Positions 42,450 through 54,377 of a stretch of DNA of 64,000 bases are shown here, one piece after another; position 1 is the stretch's first letter, and each line of letters starts with the position of its first letter. The DNA lies in assembly GCF_036321535.1 (NCBI RefSeq), contig NC_087436.1, positions 120,406,001 to 120,470,000 on the forward strand, given 5' to 3'. A model generated the notes under the pieces. It searched no databases, was not told where the DNA came from, and saw only the letters and a program-made list of their open reading frames with translations. This DNA is from Camelus dromedarius (Eukaryota). Both the position numbers and the translations under genes were made by a program.

Positions 42450-43990
42450 CTCCCACCGTCTCCCCAACAGCTGCCCCGACATCTGGAAATGAATTCCCTT
42501 AGCCAACAGAGCACTCTGGGCCTCAGGCCAGCCATGCTCCCTGCAGCCTCTGCGAGCAGGGCCTGCCCATTTCAGGCCAAAACAAAGGCGACCTCAGGGG
42601 GCAGCACCCCAGTTTCAGAGAGGAGAATGGATGCTACGGTGGGTCCTTTCACTTTGGGCCTCAGTTTCCCTATCTGCACAAGGGGAATAAATATCCCCTT
42701 TGCAAGATGGTTGTAAAGGTCAAATCAGGTGATCGCTGGGGGCAGTGTGGTCCCGAGGGAAGAGCCTGGACTGGGTTCCAGACCCCAGAGCCTCCTTCAA
42801 GGATTGTTAATACCCATCTCCCAGGATGGCCGTGAATATTCAATCAGATCACGGACACAGAGCACCTGGGTGGCCGCAGGACCCAAGAAGCAGCAGGTGT
42901 TGTCACTTACAAACTGTAGAGGGCAGTGTGAGCTCTGGTCTGCAGCAGTTGCCAGTCCAGGGACCTCTCAAAACTCATTCCCTCCCCGCCCCCCAGACAA
43001 AAGACTTAGAATAAATGAGCTTTTGAAGAATCTGGGCAGGAAGAGTGATGCCCGCAGGGCTGGGCATCCATGGTACCCTGTGGACCCCTCCCAAGGAGAC
43101 TGCTCTGGATTGTGCTGCCCCCAGGATGTCCTGGGTCTGCGGCACTCCCTCTGCCCCTCAGGCCTGAGCCCTCCCTAGAGGAGGGACAAACTACGAGCCC
43201 TGGCCAGGGTTTGAGGAGGCCCAGCCCTTGGGACTCCAACCCCTGACATTCTGGGTTATTCCAAGGAAACACCTGAAATTCTCCACGTCTTCAAAGCAAA
43301 ATGCATTTCCCGTTTTGGGGGCAGAAGGGCATGTCCTCTTCCCCTTGTCAAAGGACCTCTTAGAAGGGAAGCCGCAGCCTCCTAATGCCCGTCCCCTTGT
43401 AGACCTTCAACCCTACACTCACAGCCACTGCCTCTCTGGGCCCCCAGATCCCCCTCTGTCCACCACCTGAGCCCCTTCCTCCAAAGCACTAGTCTGCAGG
43501 GCCACGCTCAGACCCCCTCGGCAGTGCCCAGTCCTTCAAGGATGCCAGGGACCTTGGGGACCTCAGGAACCTCAGGGACCTCAGGGACCGGACACACTCC
43601 CTCCTCACTCCCCTAGCCTCCCACCCCCCTAACCAGCTCCGCCTCCCTCCTCTGAGCCAGAGGTTCCTAAGCTGGGTGTCTGAAAATTTGGCTGAAAAGG
43701 AATCTTCATTTTCATCAACCTCTCCCGCTGAAGCCAAGTATGTCTTTCCGTGGTGATGTAGGCCCAAGCCATGTGCACCTGTGACCCTGTCACCAAGAGA
43801 AAGCGTGGACATTTCTGCATCACCCCGCAGCAGCTGCTGGTGCCTCCAGACCCCCTTGTGCTCTCTTGGAAATCTGGCCAGGTATCCACTGCCGGCCAGA
43901 TCTTCTTATTTAAGGGGTTCACAAAGAAGCCACATACATACCATGGATTTATTTGTAGGTTTTTATATTTAATAAGCATATTAATAATAG

Positions 43991-44400
43991 TGTTATGGAA
44001 ATGACAGGCCAGCAAGAAACAAGCACCACTCGGAGGGTTGGAGCACTCAGATGTATTACGCCGGCGGGCTCAGAGGGGCTTCTGCTCCGAAGCTCTGAGC
44101 ACCTCCAAGATGTGTGCATGGGGTTTTATAGGGTTTTATAGGGTTAATTACAAATATGGGGCTATTAGCTCGAACAACAAAAAGCAAGGAATCAGTACAC
44201 TGGAGCTTATCTATTAGGAACAGATCACGGTACCGACACGTGTTGAGCTTGGATTTACGAGTTAGCTTGTTGGCCCAGTAAACTGACACTAAACTTCAGA
44301 TTTACGAGTTAGCCCAGCAGAACTCAGATCAGTAAACCGATACTTGTTACACTTAGATTTACGAGTTATCTTGTTAGCCCAGCCCAGCTTCTCCTTCTCA
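43991..44400 (-). mobile_element. ERV1-type solo LTR, 410 bp, with 4-bp target-site duplication ATAG
   Basis: TG at 43991 and CA at 44399-44400, flanked by ATAG at 43987-43990 and 44401-44404. On the - strand the order is repeat-rich U3, TATAAAA x2 (44124-44140), then a polyA-like AATACA (44052-44057). It is AT-richer than the surrounding GC-rich DNA. Confidence 0.8.
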
Positions 44401-45459
44401 ATAGCATTGCTTCCCCTAGTAATGCTGTGCAGTTTGTTTTATGCATTTAAAAAACACCATTCTGAGAAGGGCTCCCCAGACTTAACAAGGTGGCCAAAGG
44501 GCCTGACAGAGAGGGCGAGACCCCCGGCTCCAGGCTTCGCACCCGAGGGCTGTCTCCGCAGAATGGGCGTCTCTCTGACTTGCCTTTGCTTCCAGAGCCT
44601 CGCCCAGGGTGGGACTGGCTCCGGGCCTGTCCTCTGCCAGCCCCCAGGCCCATTACCATGTAGCCAAACCCTACACACTCTTGAGGCTCACCTCCAAAGG
44701 AGGGTTCTGCCCTATCCTCAGACCCCCTCAGTCTTTGTCATACAGGTGACATCATGGTCACCAGGCTCTGGGCCCCTCAGGGCAGGGCCCTGGGTCTGAA
44801 ATGGCCCTTCAGTGAGTGTGTGAAGAATAACCAGGAGAATGGTGCTCCTGCAGGCTGACTGCGTGCCAAGCATGAAGTACTTGTGAACATTACTCCACCG
44901 CCCACCCCCTGGGATTCTCCCGGCAGCCCTGTGAGGCAGCCGAGTGCCTCATTCCCCTTTTGTGGGGAGGAAAACTGAGGCACAGGGCCGTAACGCACCT
45001 CCCATGGTCACAGAGCACTGAGAACTGGGGCTGGAACGGGACAGACCTGTCCGGAGCCTGGGGGAGCACATCCTCCAGGCTCTAAAGACTAGGGACAACG
45101 GGGGAGGGGCGCTTCCTGCAGGTCTGTCCCCAGTGGGGGGGGGGGAGCCATTTAGGGGTGACACCCACCCCTACCACCGATGTGGACCGGGCCAGGTCTG
45201 CCCTGAGGGCTCCCAGGCTGAGGAGGCTTGGAGGTGGGGGCAGGGAGGGAAAGGAGGCAGGCCGGGGAGGAAGAGCTGGGATGGTCTGGACTTGCCCATT
45301 TCTACGAGGGGGGAGGAGTAGCCGAGGTCACCGGAACTCGGACATGAACTTGGCTGGCACAGGGACTGGTGGGAGGGCGAGGCCTGCGCCCTCTCCCCCG
45401 CTACCCACGCCCAAGAATAACCATCACCCGGGTTTCCTAGACCAGCCAGGCTCAGTCTT

Positions 45460-46320
45460 TTCGCCGCTGGGTGGGTCCTAGCCGGAAGGCCGGGCGGGGG
45501 CGGTTGGGCCGGGGCGGGGCTGGCGGAGGGGTCGGGCCGCCCCCTTCCAGCGAGGGCGGCGGCCAGCGCCTTTAAATGCGGCGGGGCCGCTGCCCGCAGA
45601 CCGTCGGCCCAGGAGGGAGCCGGAGCCTCTCCGGTCCCCCGCGTCCCCGCGCCCCGGGCATGTCCCTGCGGTCCCGGAGCCCTCCCTCCTGAGCCTCCGG
45701 CGCGTGTGGCTGCGCTCCCGCCCCCGCTCCCTCCGTAGGCGCCCGGAGACGCTTTGGTGTCCCCCTGGCTGGTCCCCCGCGCTGCCGCCCGCCCCCGGCC
45801 CATCCGCCATGCAGGCGCGGGCGCTGCTCCTGGCCGCGCTGGCCGCGCTGGCGCTGTCCCGGGAGCCCCTGGCCGCGTCGTGCCCCACGCGCTGCGACGT
45901 GTCGCGGTGCCCCAGCCCCCGCTGCCCTGGTGGCTACGTGCCCGACCTCTGCAACTGCTGTCTGGTGTGCGCCGCCGTCGAGGGCGAGCCATGCGGCCGC
46001 CCCGTCGACTCGCCGTGCGGGGAGAGCCTGGAGTGCGCGCGCGGTGTGTGTCGCTGCCGCTGGGCGCACGCCGTGTGCGGCACCGACGGGCACACCTATG
46101 CCAACGTGTGCGCGCTGCAGGCGGCCAGCCGCCGCGCGCTGCAGCTCTCCGGGACGCCTGTGCGCCAGCTGCAGAAGGGCGCCTGCCCATCGGGTAAGCG
46201 CTCGGGCTGGGGCTGATGGCAGCGCGGGGGTGGGACTGATGGCAGCGCAGGGGTGGAACAAGCCTTCTCCCGGGGAAACTGAGGCTCAGAGCTAGGGCAG
46301 AGCGTCGAGGGCCGCCGTCT
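45460..46320 (+). promoter_or_regulatory. HTRA3 CpG-island promoter with GC boxes, an ETS-like site and a TATA-like TTTAAAT
   Basis: Very dense CpG. CCGGAAG at 45482-45488, GGGCGG boxes at about 45492-45520 and TTTAAAT at 45571-45577, all upstream of the ATG at 45809. Confidence 0.85.
45809..46193 (+). CDS. HTRA3: HTRA3 exon 1 CDS: signal peptide, IGFBP domain (CNCCLVCA), Kazal domain (VCGTDGHTYANVC)
   Basis: Kozak context ccgccATG; donor G|gtaagc; cysteine pattern visible in ORF 45704..46216. Confidence 0.96.
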
Positions 46321-49300
46321 CTGGGCACAAGTGATGATTTCTTCTAGAAATCATCTAAGCAGCCTTCTGGTCTTCCAGGTGGGGAAACTGAGACCCAGAG
46401 AGGTAAACTGCTGTCCCCAAGGTCACAGAAGTAGTCAAAAATGAAGCGCAGTGCTTTTCTGGCCGCCCCAAGGGGCTGGTCTAGCTGTACATTTCTCCAG
46501 CTTCTGGACTCATCAAAACTTACCCGTCTTGGGTCTTATTCTCACAGGTCCCTGTATCCCCTGCTCTGCCCGGGTGCTGGGTGCAAACAAAGAAATCTTT
46601 TCTGGACTTAAATATCCAGTCTGGATATCTAAGTGGCACTAATAGAGCAACATGTGGTGTTTTCTTTCTTTTTTCACTGCATTTAAAATGCACGTCTCTG
46701 GAGGGCTGTTTAGGAGTGGTGAGCAAACGTGGAGGGGGGTCTCTGGACTGCTTGGGGTCCCATGGGGATGAGTGTTGGGTTAGGAAATTTCTCATTCCCT
46801 TCAAACCTCAGAACAGCCTCCTCTAACCTGGAGTTGGCTCTGGGTTGCTCCTTGCCACAAAGATTGACCTTGAGCCGGGAAGAAAAAGCTGGAAGACCTT
46901 GCTGTACTCTTGTTAGTTTGGGGCATCTCTTAGGAAGGCAGGCTCCAGCACTGGTCCAACACATACTCGCAGCTCCGCAACCTGCGCTGGGCCCTGAGTT
47001 CACTGTGATGGGAGGTGAGTCCCCCAGGCCACTGCAGCACGGGAGATGCTACCCACCAGGACAGGCTCCAGGGGACCTGGGAGCACTGCGGGGAGCAGGG
47101 CTGCCTGGGGTGCCGGGAAGCCTTCAGAGACCAGGGGCATCTAAGCTGAATCTTCAAGGATGAGGACCTGTCCCCCCCCAGGGAGAGGGAGGCTTTCTGG
47201 GAAGAGGGGACAACGTGCACCACCACGTGGAGGCCTTGCTGTGTGGGGCGAGCTGAGCCGGGAAGAGCAGGTGCCCAGAGCAGCCGCCGTGCAGGGAAAG
47301 CGTGTGTGCATGTACCAGGGGAGATACCCAAGGCTGGGTGGCAGGATCGCAGGGATGAGGCCACAGGCGGCCTGTAAACGTCATGCCTTAGCCTTCATCC
47401 TGTTGGCGAGGCTTCCCAAATCCTGTCTGGGATTCTGAAAATAAGTGTCCTGTGGCTCAAAACACTCAGGAAAGCAGACACCATCCCTGCGGTGGGGATT
47501 CACACTACGCTTGAGTCTGTCAAGCTCCGGAGAAAATCTGCAGCAAGTGAAAAAAAAAACCACAAAATGATAAAACCCAGGCTTTCCCAAGAGAACTTCA
47601 ATGGAGAACTCTTCCCTGGCAGAACACATGACCTCCCCCGGCACACCGGCATTCCGGGGAGCCCAGTTTGGGAAGCAGTGCGTGGGATTAACCATGACGG
47701 TATGGGAGAGCCATTGAAGGGTTTTAAGAGAAGTGAGGGTGATAAGGTCAGACTTGTGTTTTGACTGTGCCAGGAGGCCGAGGGCCGGGAGCAGGGTGCC
47801 ACTCAGGGTCACGGAGGTGGGCGTCCCCGCTTGCTGAGTGCCCACTGCAGCCTCTGGCTTGGGGCACGGAAACAGCAGGCCCATCTGAGGCTGTGCCGGG
47901 AGGTCTGGGAGGCAGAGGGCTCGTGGTGGGCCTGGCACTGCCCACTGCAGCTTGGTTGTGTCTGTGGGCCCTTCCCGAATGCCGACTCCCCCAGGTATCG
48001 GAGGCTTAGAGCAGGGCTCCGTGCCCGGTGGCGGGGCTGGCGGGGAGGTTGGAGGTGGTCTAGACGTTCTGAAACCTTCGTTCTTAACGGATGGAGTCTA
48101 CGTTTGTGAAGCACCTTCTCTGTGTGTCCTGCTGGCCCTGAGCTGGTGACAAGGCCACTGTAATGAGACAGACCCCACCTGTGCCCTGGAGAAACTCAGA
48201 TGGTGGGGGCACACGGTGGGTGAGAAGAGGACAGTGGCCTGATGCCGACACACCGGCACAGACGGCTCATCAGGGGAAGCGGCTGGAGCGTGAGGTCATG
48301 GCTGGGGCTGTCCCCGTGCTTTTTGCTAATGGGGCGGCCGTCTGCAAGTTCCTGCCCCAATTTCCTCTGCTGTAAAGTGGGGCGACAGTAGCAGCTGCGG
48401 GGAGAGCCGTGGTGAGGATCCACGACCCTGGTGCACAGGCACGTGCCTCCGACGAGCAGTCGACAGAGTGCTTCTTACTTCTTGCCCTGTTATCACGATG
48501 ACGGCTCCGCCACCGCCGGTTCCCTTCATCTGGAAAGGCCGGGGAGGCGCCCCAGAGGAGGCTGCGGGAGGTGCCTGAGAGCTCTCTGGGCGAAGGCTGG
48601 GGAGGGTGGAGGGGGCAGGAGCGAAGCAGAGGCAGATGGACTGGCCACACAGGCGCAGGGTCCCACTAGCCCTGCTGCTGCCAGAGCCCAAGGGGCAAGG
48701 TAGCTGGGCCACCAAGGAGGGGCGGGAGGGGAGGGCTCCCTGCACAAGGGAGGGGGAGACAGGTCCAGGTTCCCGCGAGCTCCATTCACACTGTGGCCCG
48801 AGGTCTGTATGTGACCCCACCCTCGCTCCTGTGCATTCACCCAGGCACAGGGACCTCAGACACCCAGGTTTCCGTGGGGCTGCACGTGCAGAGTCCAGTC
48901 CTTGTGGATTCGTGCTGATACCGGGCTCTCCCTGGCGCTGTCTCATTTGCTGCTGTGAATCTGTTCCTTACTCATGCATCACGGATGTGCTCACTGAGGC
49001 AGGCAAAGGCCAAGTGACTTGGCTGAGGTCTCTCGGCCGGGAAATGACAGTCAGGCCTGGCCTGGAGCTGGCTGGCTGTGAAAGCTTTGCTGTTGCAGGT
49101 CCCCGGCTTTCTCCTGCAGACAGGGGCAGCGAGGTCCCCAAGCTCAGGGGCCAGGGTCAGGTCTCCAGCCACAGTGGGCTCATCCTCCATAGAGTGTCAC
49201 TGACAGTGCTGCCCCCCTCCCCAGGGCCTGGCCGGAAGTCACAAGTGATGTGCATACGTAGCAGCGGGCATGGTGCTGCCCACTCTGGCATTTCCCTGTG

Positions 49301-49679
49301 GACAGAAGTCCTGCCAGCTCTACCCTCACAGCATCCAGAAACGCCGGGTGCTGCTGACTAGGGATCCTGTCTCCAGCCCCACTCTTCCCTGAGCTGGAGT
49401 CTTGTGTGTCTCAGCTGGCCGTGGCCTTCAGCCAACAAGACCACCCCTAGGAAGGTTAGGTCAGAAGCCTTGGTCACTTTTGACCCTTCTCTTTCCCTCA
49501 CTCCCCACCTCCCATCAGCAGGAGAGTCCTCAGCTCAACCTGGAAACATCCCTGCAGCAGCCACCGCTGCTGGGTCCCCCAGCAATGCTGTCCACACTGA
49601 CCTCCCCCACCTCCTTCATCCTCCATTGGATCACTTCTTCACCCAGCAGCCAGGATGACCTTGATGAATCCGTCCTGCC

Positions 49680-50130
49680 CATGGCAGGTGGGATCCCTTT
49701 GGCAGCTCCCCAACACCGGACCCTGACCCCCAAGGTCCTCTGTCATCTGGCCCTGCCCACCCCTCCAACACCATCCCATCCTCTGTGCTCCAGCCACACT
49801 GGTCTCCTTTCTACCTCAGGGCCTTTGCACACACTGTGCCCGTTGCCTGAAAGTCCCATTTCCTCACCTTCATGGGGCCAATCCTCATCCTGCCTTGGCC
49901 TAGATGTCCCACCACTGCTGAGCTGCCCTCCCTGACCACCTGGGTAAGCCCCTTTATTAGCCTCATGAGTGCACCTTGGAGGCTACTCTGGGCCCCTCCC
50001 AGCTCCTCGATGACTTGCCTTATCTCCATCCTCACCAGGCTCTGAGGCTCACAAGGTGGAGGTCTTGTCTGTTCGTGCCCTGCTGGGCTTGGTCCAGGGC
50101 CTGGGCTCAGTAGGTGCTACGGAATGAAAG
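49680..50130 (+). mobile_element. LINE-2 3' fragment
   Basis: ctccagccacactgg...cctcagggcctttgcaca...cagtaggtgct...gaatgaa, typical L2 3' motifs. Confidence 0.5.
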
Positions 50131-53100
50131 ATGCACCCACATAGTGTGCGACCATCCTGATGCTCCCGGGGATGGGCCCGCCAGCCATCCAGGGAGCCCT
50201 CACGTGCTCGCATCCCCGTGGCAGGCCGAGCTGCTGCCCAGTGTGGGTGAATATCCATCAATGAAGTAGTGAAGCCCAGAGAAAGGTGTTCAGAGGGTCT
50301 GTGCAGAGCAGAGGTTTCCCTCTTCGCTCGGCCGGAGCCCGGAGATCCTCATGGCCTCTCTGCCTACAACTGCAGGCAAACAGGCCTTCGAGCGTGCAGT
50401 TGATCAGAATTTCGAGCCCTGAGCAGTTCGCAACGTGGCATTTAATTGTCAGTGATTATTGTACAACTCCAGAGCACGTTCCTGCGGAGTCTCTCAGTTC
50501 TGTTTATTTAAGAGCTTTGGTTAGTTTTTGATTTTTAATCCTCTTAGCAGCTTCCCGGCCTGGCAAGTCTTGGAATTCTGCATTCAGGAATCAGGCATCC
50601 GTATTCCTCTCGCTCCCCCACCCTGATAGCAGCACTGAGTGGCAGCATCTGGTGGCTCCTGAGGACTCAGGAGTTCCCAGCGCCAAGGCTCCTGGGAGCC
50701 AGGAGTCCAGCCAAGAGGAGCTTGAGGCCCAGAGTGCGGTGCAGCTGTCCCTTCCCTGCCAGGGCTTGGCCTGGAAAGCACCCTCACCCTCCACGCTCCC
50801 TAAGCTGGTCTGGAGGTGCACTGGGATCCCACAGCACCCACTCTGGTCTGTCTTCCAGGGGCTTCTCCCTTCCCATGCACCTCCAAACACTGGTCCAAAG
50901 GGGCAGTATGAGACTCGGATCTCCCCTGCTCAAAGCCCAGCCATGAATCCCACTGTCTTCAGGACCAAGCACAACTTCTGACATGGCCTGCAGGCTCAGT
51001 ACGTTCTGTCCTCTGTTTCCTGCGCACCATCACCACCACCAGCCAAGTCCCTGTGGAATCCCTGATCCTGTGTTGTGAGGGACAGAGGACAATGTGAGGA
51101 ACTCAGGGGAGGGAGAACCCATCTCCAGGATGGGGAGAAGGGTAGATCAGGAGGGCTTCCCGGAGGAGGTGGCATCTAACAGCCATGGCGAGGTAGACCC
51201 AAAGAGAGTCTGTGCAGAGGAGGACAGCAGGAAATGCTGAGCATAGGCTGGTACCAGGTGGAGGAACTGTGAGGGTGACTCATCTTCAGGAGGGCTTATG
51301 TGTGTGCAGGTGTGCAGAGTGGGTACATGGGCCCAGCTGGAGGGAGTCCAGTTCCCTGGGCAGGGAGAACTGATGAGGCTGGAGCTAGGGTGACAGTGAG
51401 GGGGAGGGGCTCCAGAGGCATTAAGATCTCATGCCTGATGGGTGTGGGGGGGCAGGGTGGATGGATGGCGGGGCCTTGCCTGGAGGCAGGGCACCGGAGG
51501 AGCAGGTTTGGAGAGACAAGTTGGTGAGTTCAGATTAGCTTCTGGTGGGAGGCTCTGGTAAGAAGGGTGTCCAGTGGGGGATGGGGTTCCCTGGAAAGAG
51601 CCTGGCTGATGAATGGCCCTGTCCATGTGTTGGTGGCAGCGTTGCTATGCTTGTGTCATGAGAAGGGGTGGCCTTGGTTCAGTACGGGGCAGTGGTCTCA
51701 TCACCTCTGCAGACTGTAGGGGGAACTCCAGGACCTGCGAGGCCAGTGGAGCCCCACCCCTACCCAGCCCAAATCCCAAGTCCTGTCCTTGCCATCATGG
51801 CCACATCCAAGGGGTCCCCAGAGGAAACACCCGGACACTTTGGGGATGAACAGAGCTGCTGCAACTCTGTCACACTGCAAGCGCTGCGCTGGGTGAGCTG
51901 GAGCTGGGCTGTGCCAGGCTTGACCCCCTGGCTTTGTCCACCTGGCCTGACATGTACCCCTCAGCGGCTGGGAGCTCTGGGGAAACTTGAGGCCAAGCAG
52001 AGAGTCACTTGGCTCCCTGGAGGTGTGGGGTTTGTGCAGACCGGATGAGGGAGTGGGCGGGGGCTGGCCGAGTGAGCTGTGTGTCCTGCCAGAGGGTCTG
52101 AAGTCCGCCTCCTCCTGGGTCTGCTTTGAGGAAGAGAAGCCACCATGTTTTAGCAAGGTCAAGGGCAAGACCTGTGCTCCAGGCTAAACACACACGGTGT
52201 CTGGGTGTTTTTGTCATGGACCTTTAGCAGAAAAGACTCATCAGGGTTCAGTGGGCTGCCCGAAGGTCATCAAGTGGGGACAGACAGCTCTGCCTTGAGC
52301 CCGGGTCCCCCTGACTTTCCGTCTAGCATGCTGCATGCTACCCAGGCCTCCAGCACCTTGAGGAAGTGGCCTCCCATCTTGGGTTTCACAAAAGTGTTGA
52401 ATAAAGAAGTTGAAAATAGAATAAAGTTACAGACCCCATGTCCTCAGTGTAGCAAAGGTGTGGTCAGGACATGAGTGTGTGTGCCCTGAACTGAACACCC
52501 GTTCTGGTGCAGAGGTAGCAAGTGGCCTCCAAGTTGTGCAGTGCACAACCTTTCCAATTGTATGCTTTAGCCCCTCTGGTACAGAATGGTCTGAGTGAGG
52601 GCTGAGACCCAGTTTGGTTCCCCTCATCCGGCTGCTCAGGGATGAGTCCCAGTTTTAGCACTTACCATGGCAAAACCCTGCAAGTTTCAGCTCTCTGCAC
52701 GTCAGTCTCCTCATCTGTGAAATGGGGACAGTGGTGGTACCCTCCTCACTGGGTCATTGGACAATCAGTGAGATAATGAATTTAAAGCACTTTGCACAGT
52801 GTAAGGGGTAATGGAGGTTAGTGCAAACAAACCTAAATATTGACAAGTGGACATTTCTCACATAAATGGAGTTTGAGGGAGGAAGGCGGGGCAGTTGAGG
52901 AAGGGAAGGAGCTGGAAGGCAGTGTTTGCAGGGGGAGGGGCTCCCACATGCCAGACCCTGCCCACAGGAGTTCCACCGGCGTGTCAAGGCTAAAGAGCCT
53001 GAGCCCAGAGGAGTCAACTAACGGACCAGTCAGGGCAAGGAGGGCTTCCTGTAAGAGGAGGGCCAGAGGCTGACCCACTTTGGCTTCCATGGCTTGGGTG

Positions 53101-54377
53101 GCCCTGTGGGAGGCCTGGAGTCCTGCCTGGCCTGTGGGACCCCTCTGATAAAGCACGAACAAGCTGGTGGCAGAGCCCTCTCCTCCACAGGGTTGGCTGC
53201 AGCCCCAGTGGAGTTCATGGCCAGAGGAGCCAGGCTGGCTCCAAGCTGAGGACTGGCCGGGTCTGGGCTCTCCTCGGGGCAGGACAGCCAATCATACTGG
53301 GTGAGGACCAGCATGGAGTGAGAGTAGTACCCGGGGTGGGAGTTCAGGGGACCTGGCTGCGGGTCCTGGTGGGTCTTCTGGCCTCTCTGAGCCTACTCCC
53401 TCTCCTGTAAAATGGGTGAGCTGGCAGAGCTGCTGTGGGAACTCACAGCATAAGTGCCCGGAGCCCCGGCTGGCTTGGCCCCTGGAGAGGGAATCCCGGG
53501 CTGCAGCCCTCGGCCCTGTGTTCTGGGGACAGGAGCCTGGGGGTTGCAGACAGTGGCATCACCCCTCCCCCAACCCCAGGAGCCACAGTGGGATCAGAAG
53601 CCACTGTCCTTGGCTGGGGGGAGACAGTTCATTCAGGGACAGGCCAGTTTTCAAGAGAAAGAAAAACACAGGCAGGGAGCCATCCTGGGAACTAATTAGC
53701 CCGGAAGGCGGCTCCTGGGGCTTCAAAGGCTGCCCCTCAAGGTGGGGGGGGCCTGGGGTGGAGGCGAGTGGCTGTGGAGGGGCCCCTGGGACCGCGTGCC
53801 CACCCACACAATTCACTCATTCTCCCGCAGCTCTCTGCTCACCGCAGTGGGTCAGGGGTGCCCAGGCCATAGGGGCAGGCCCAAGGGACAGCTTTGAGAA
53901 GGGTCACGAGGTGCCGTGGGCCCCAGACAGAGAGCTCGGTCACTGAGCCTGTCCAGTCGGGGCGGGCTCCCAGGGGGAGGTATGTTGGCCTGAGGGACTG
54001 ACTGCAGAGGTGGGGGAATGCTTCAGAGCACGTGTGCTTGGGGAACTGGAGCTGAAGATACGGGATGGGGGGTGGCAGCAGCAGTAGTGAGGCTGCAGAT
54101 GTAAATGGGACCTGGACACCGAGGTCCTTGGATGCCCTGCTGAGAGGTTGCCATCTGGCCTGCAGGCTGTAGTCAGCGTCACAGACAGGTAGGCACAGCC
54201 TAGGACCTCGTGGGCATCTGCTCACGCTCCCTCCATCTCTACCTCTTACCTAACCACTGGGTGATGGAGGTGAGTATTCTGATTGCAGGAGACAACAGAA
54301 GAAGGGAACACTGACCTTGGAGTTAGAGGGTTAGAACTGGGTCTCAGTCTTGGGTCTGCCCATTGTATGCTGGAGGG

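Noticed and set aside
43546..43589. 9-bp tandem repeat (GGACCTCAG)n, and an 18-bp duplication at 60071-60115
   Set aside because: Short slippage-type duplications with no sign of function.
44252..44371. CRISPR-like repeat-spacer array (GATTTACGAGTTA x3)
   Set aside because: The DNA is eukaryotic, the repeats are only 13 bp, the spacers resemble each other and there are no cas genes. LTR U3 enhancer repeats explain it.
20420..45400. Novel protein-coding gene in the SH3TC1-HTRA3 intergenic interval
   Set aside because: No ORF shows a recognisable domain or a consistent exon chain. The ORFs are GC-rich low-complexity sequence or repeat-derived. A non-coding transcript cannot be excluded without expression data.
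45171..46328. 385-aa and 229-aa - strand ORFs over the HTRA3 promoter and exon 1
   Set aside because: Ala/Arg/Pro/Gly-rich shadow ORFs, expected where extreme GC content removes stop codons; no recognisable domain.
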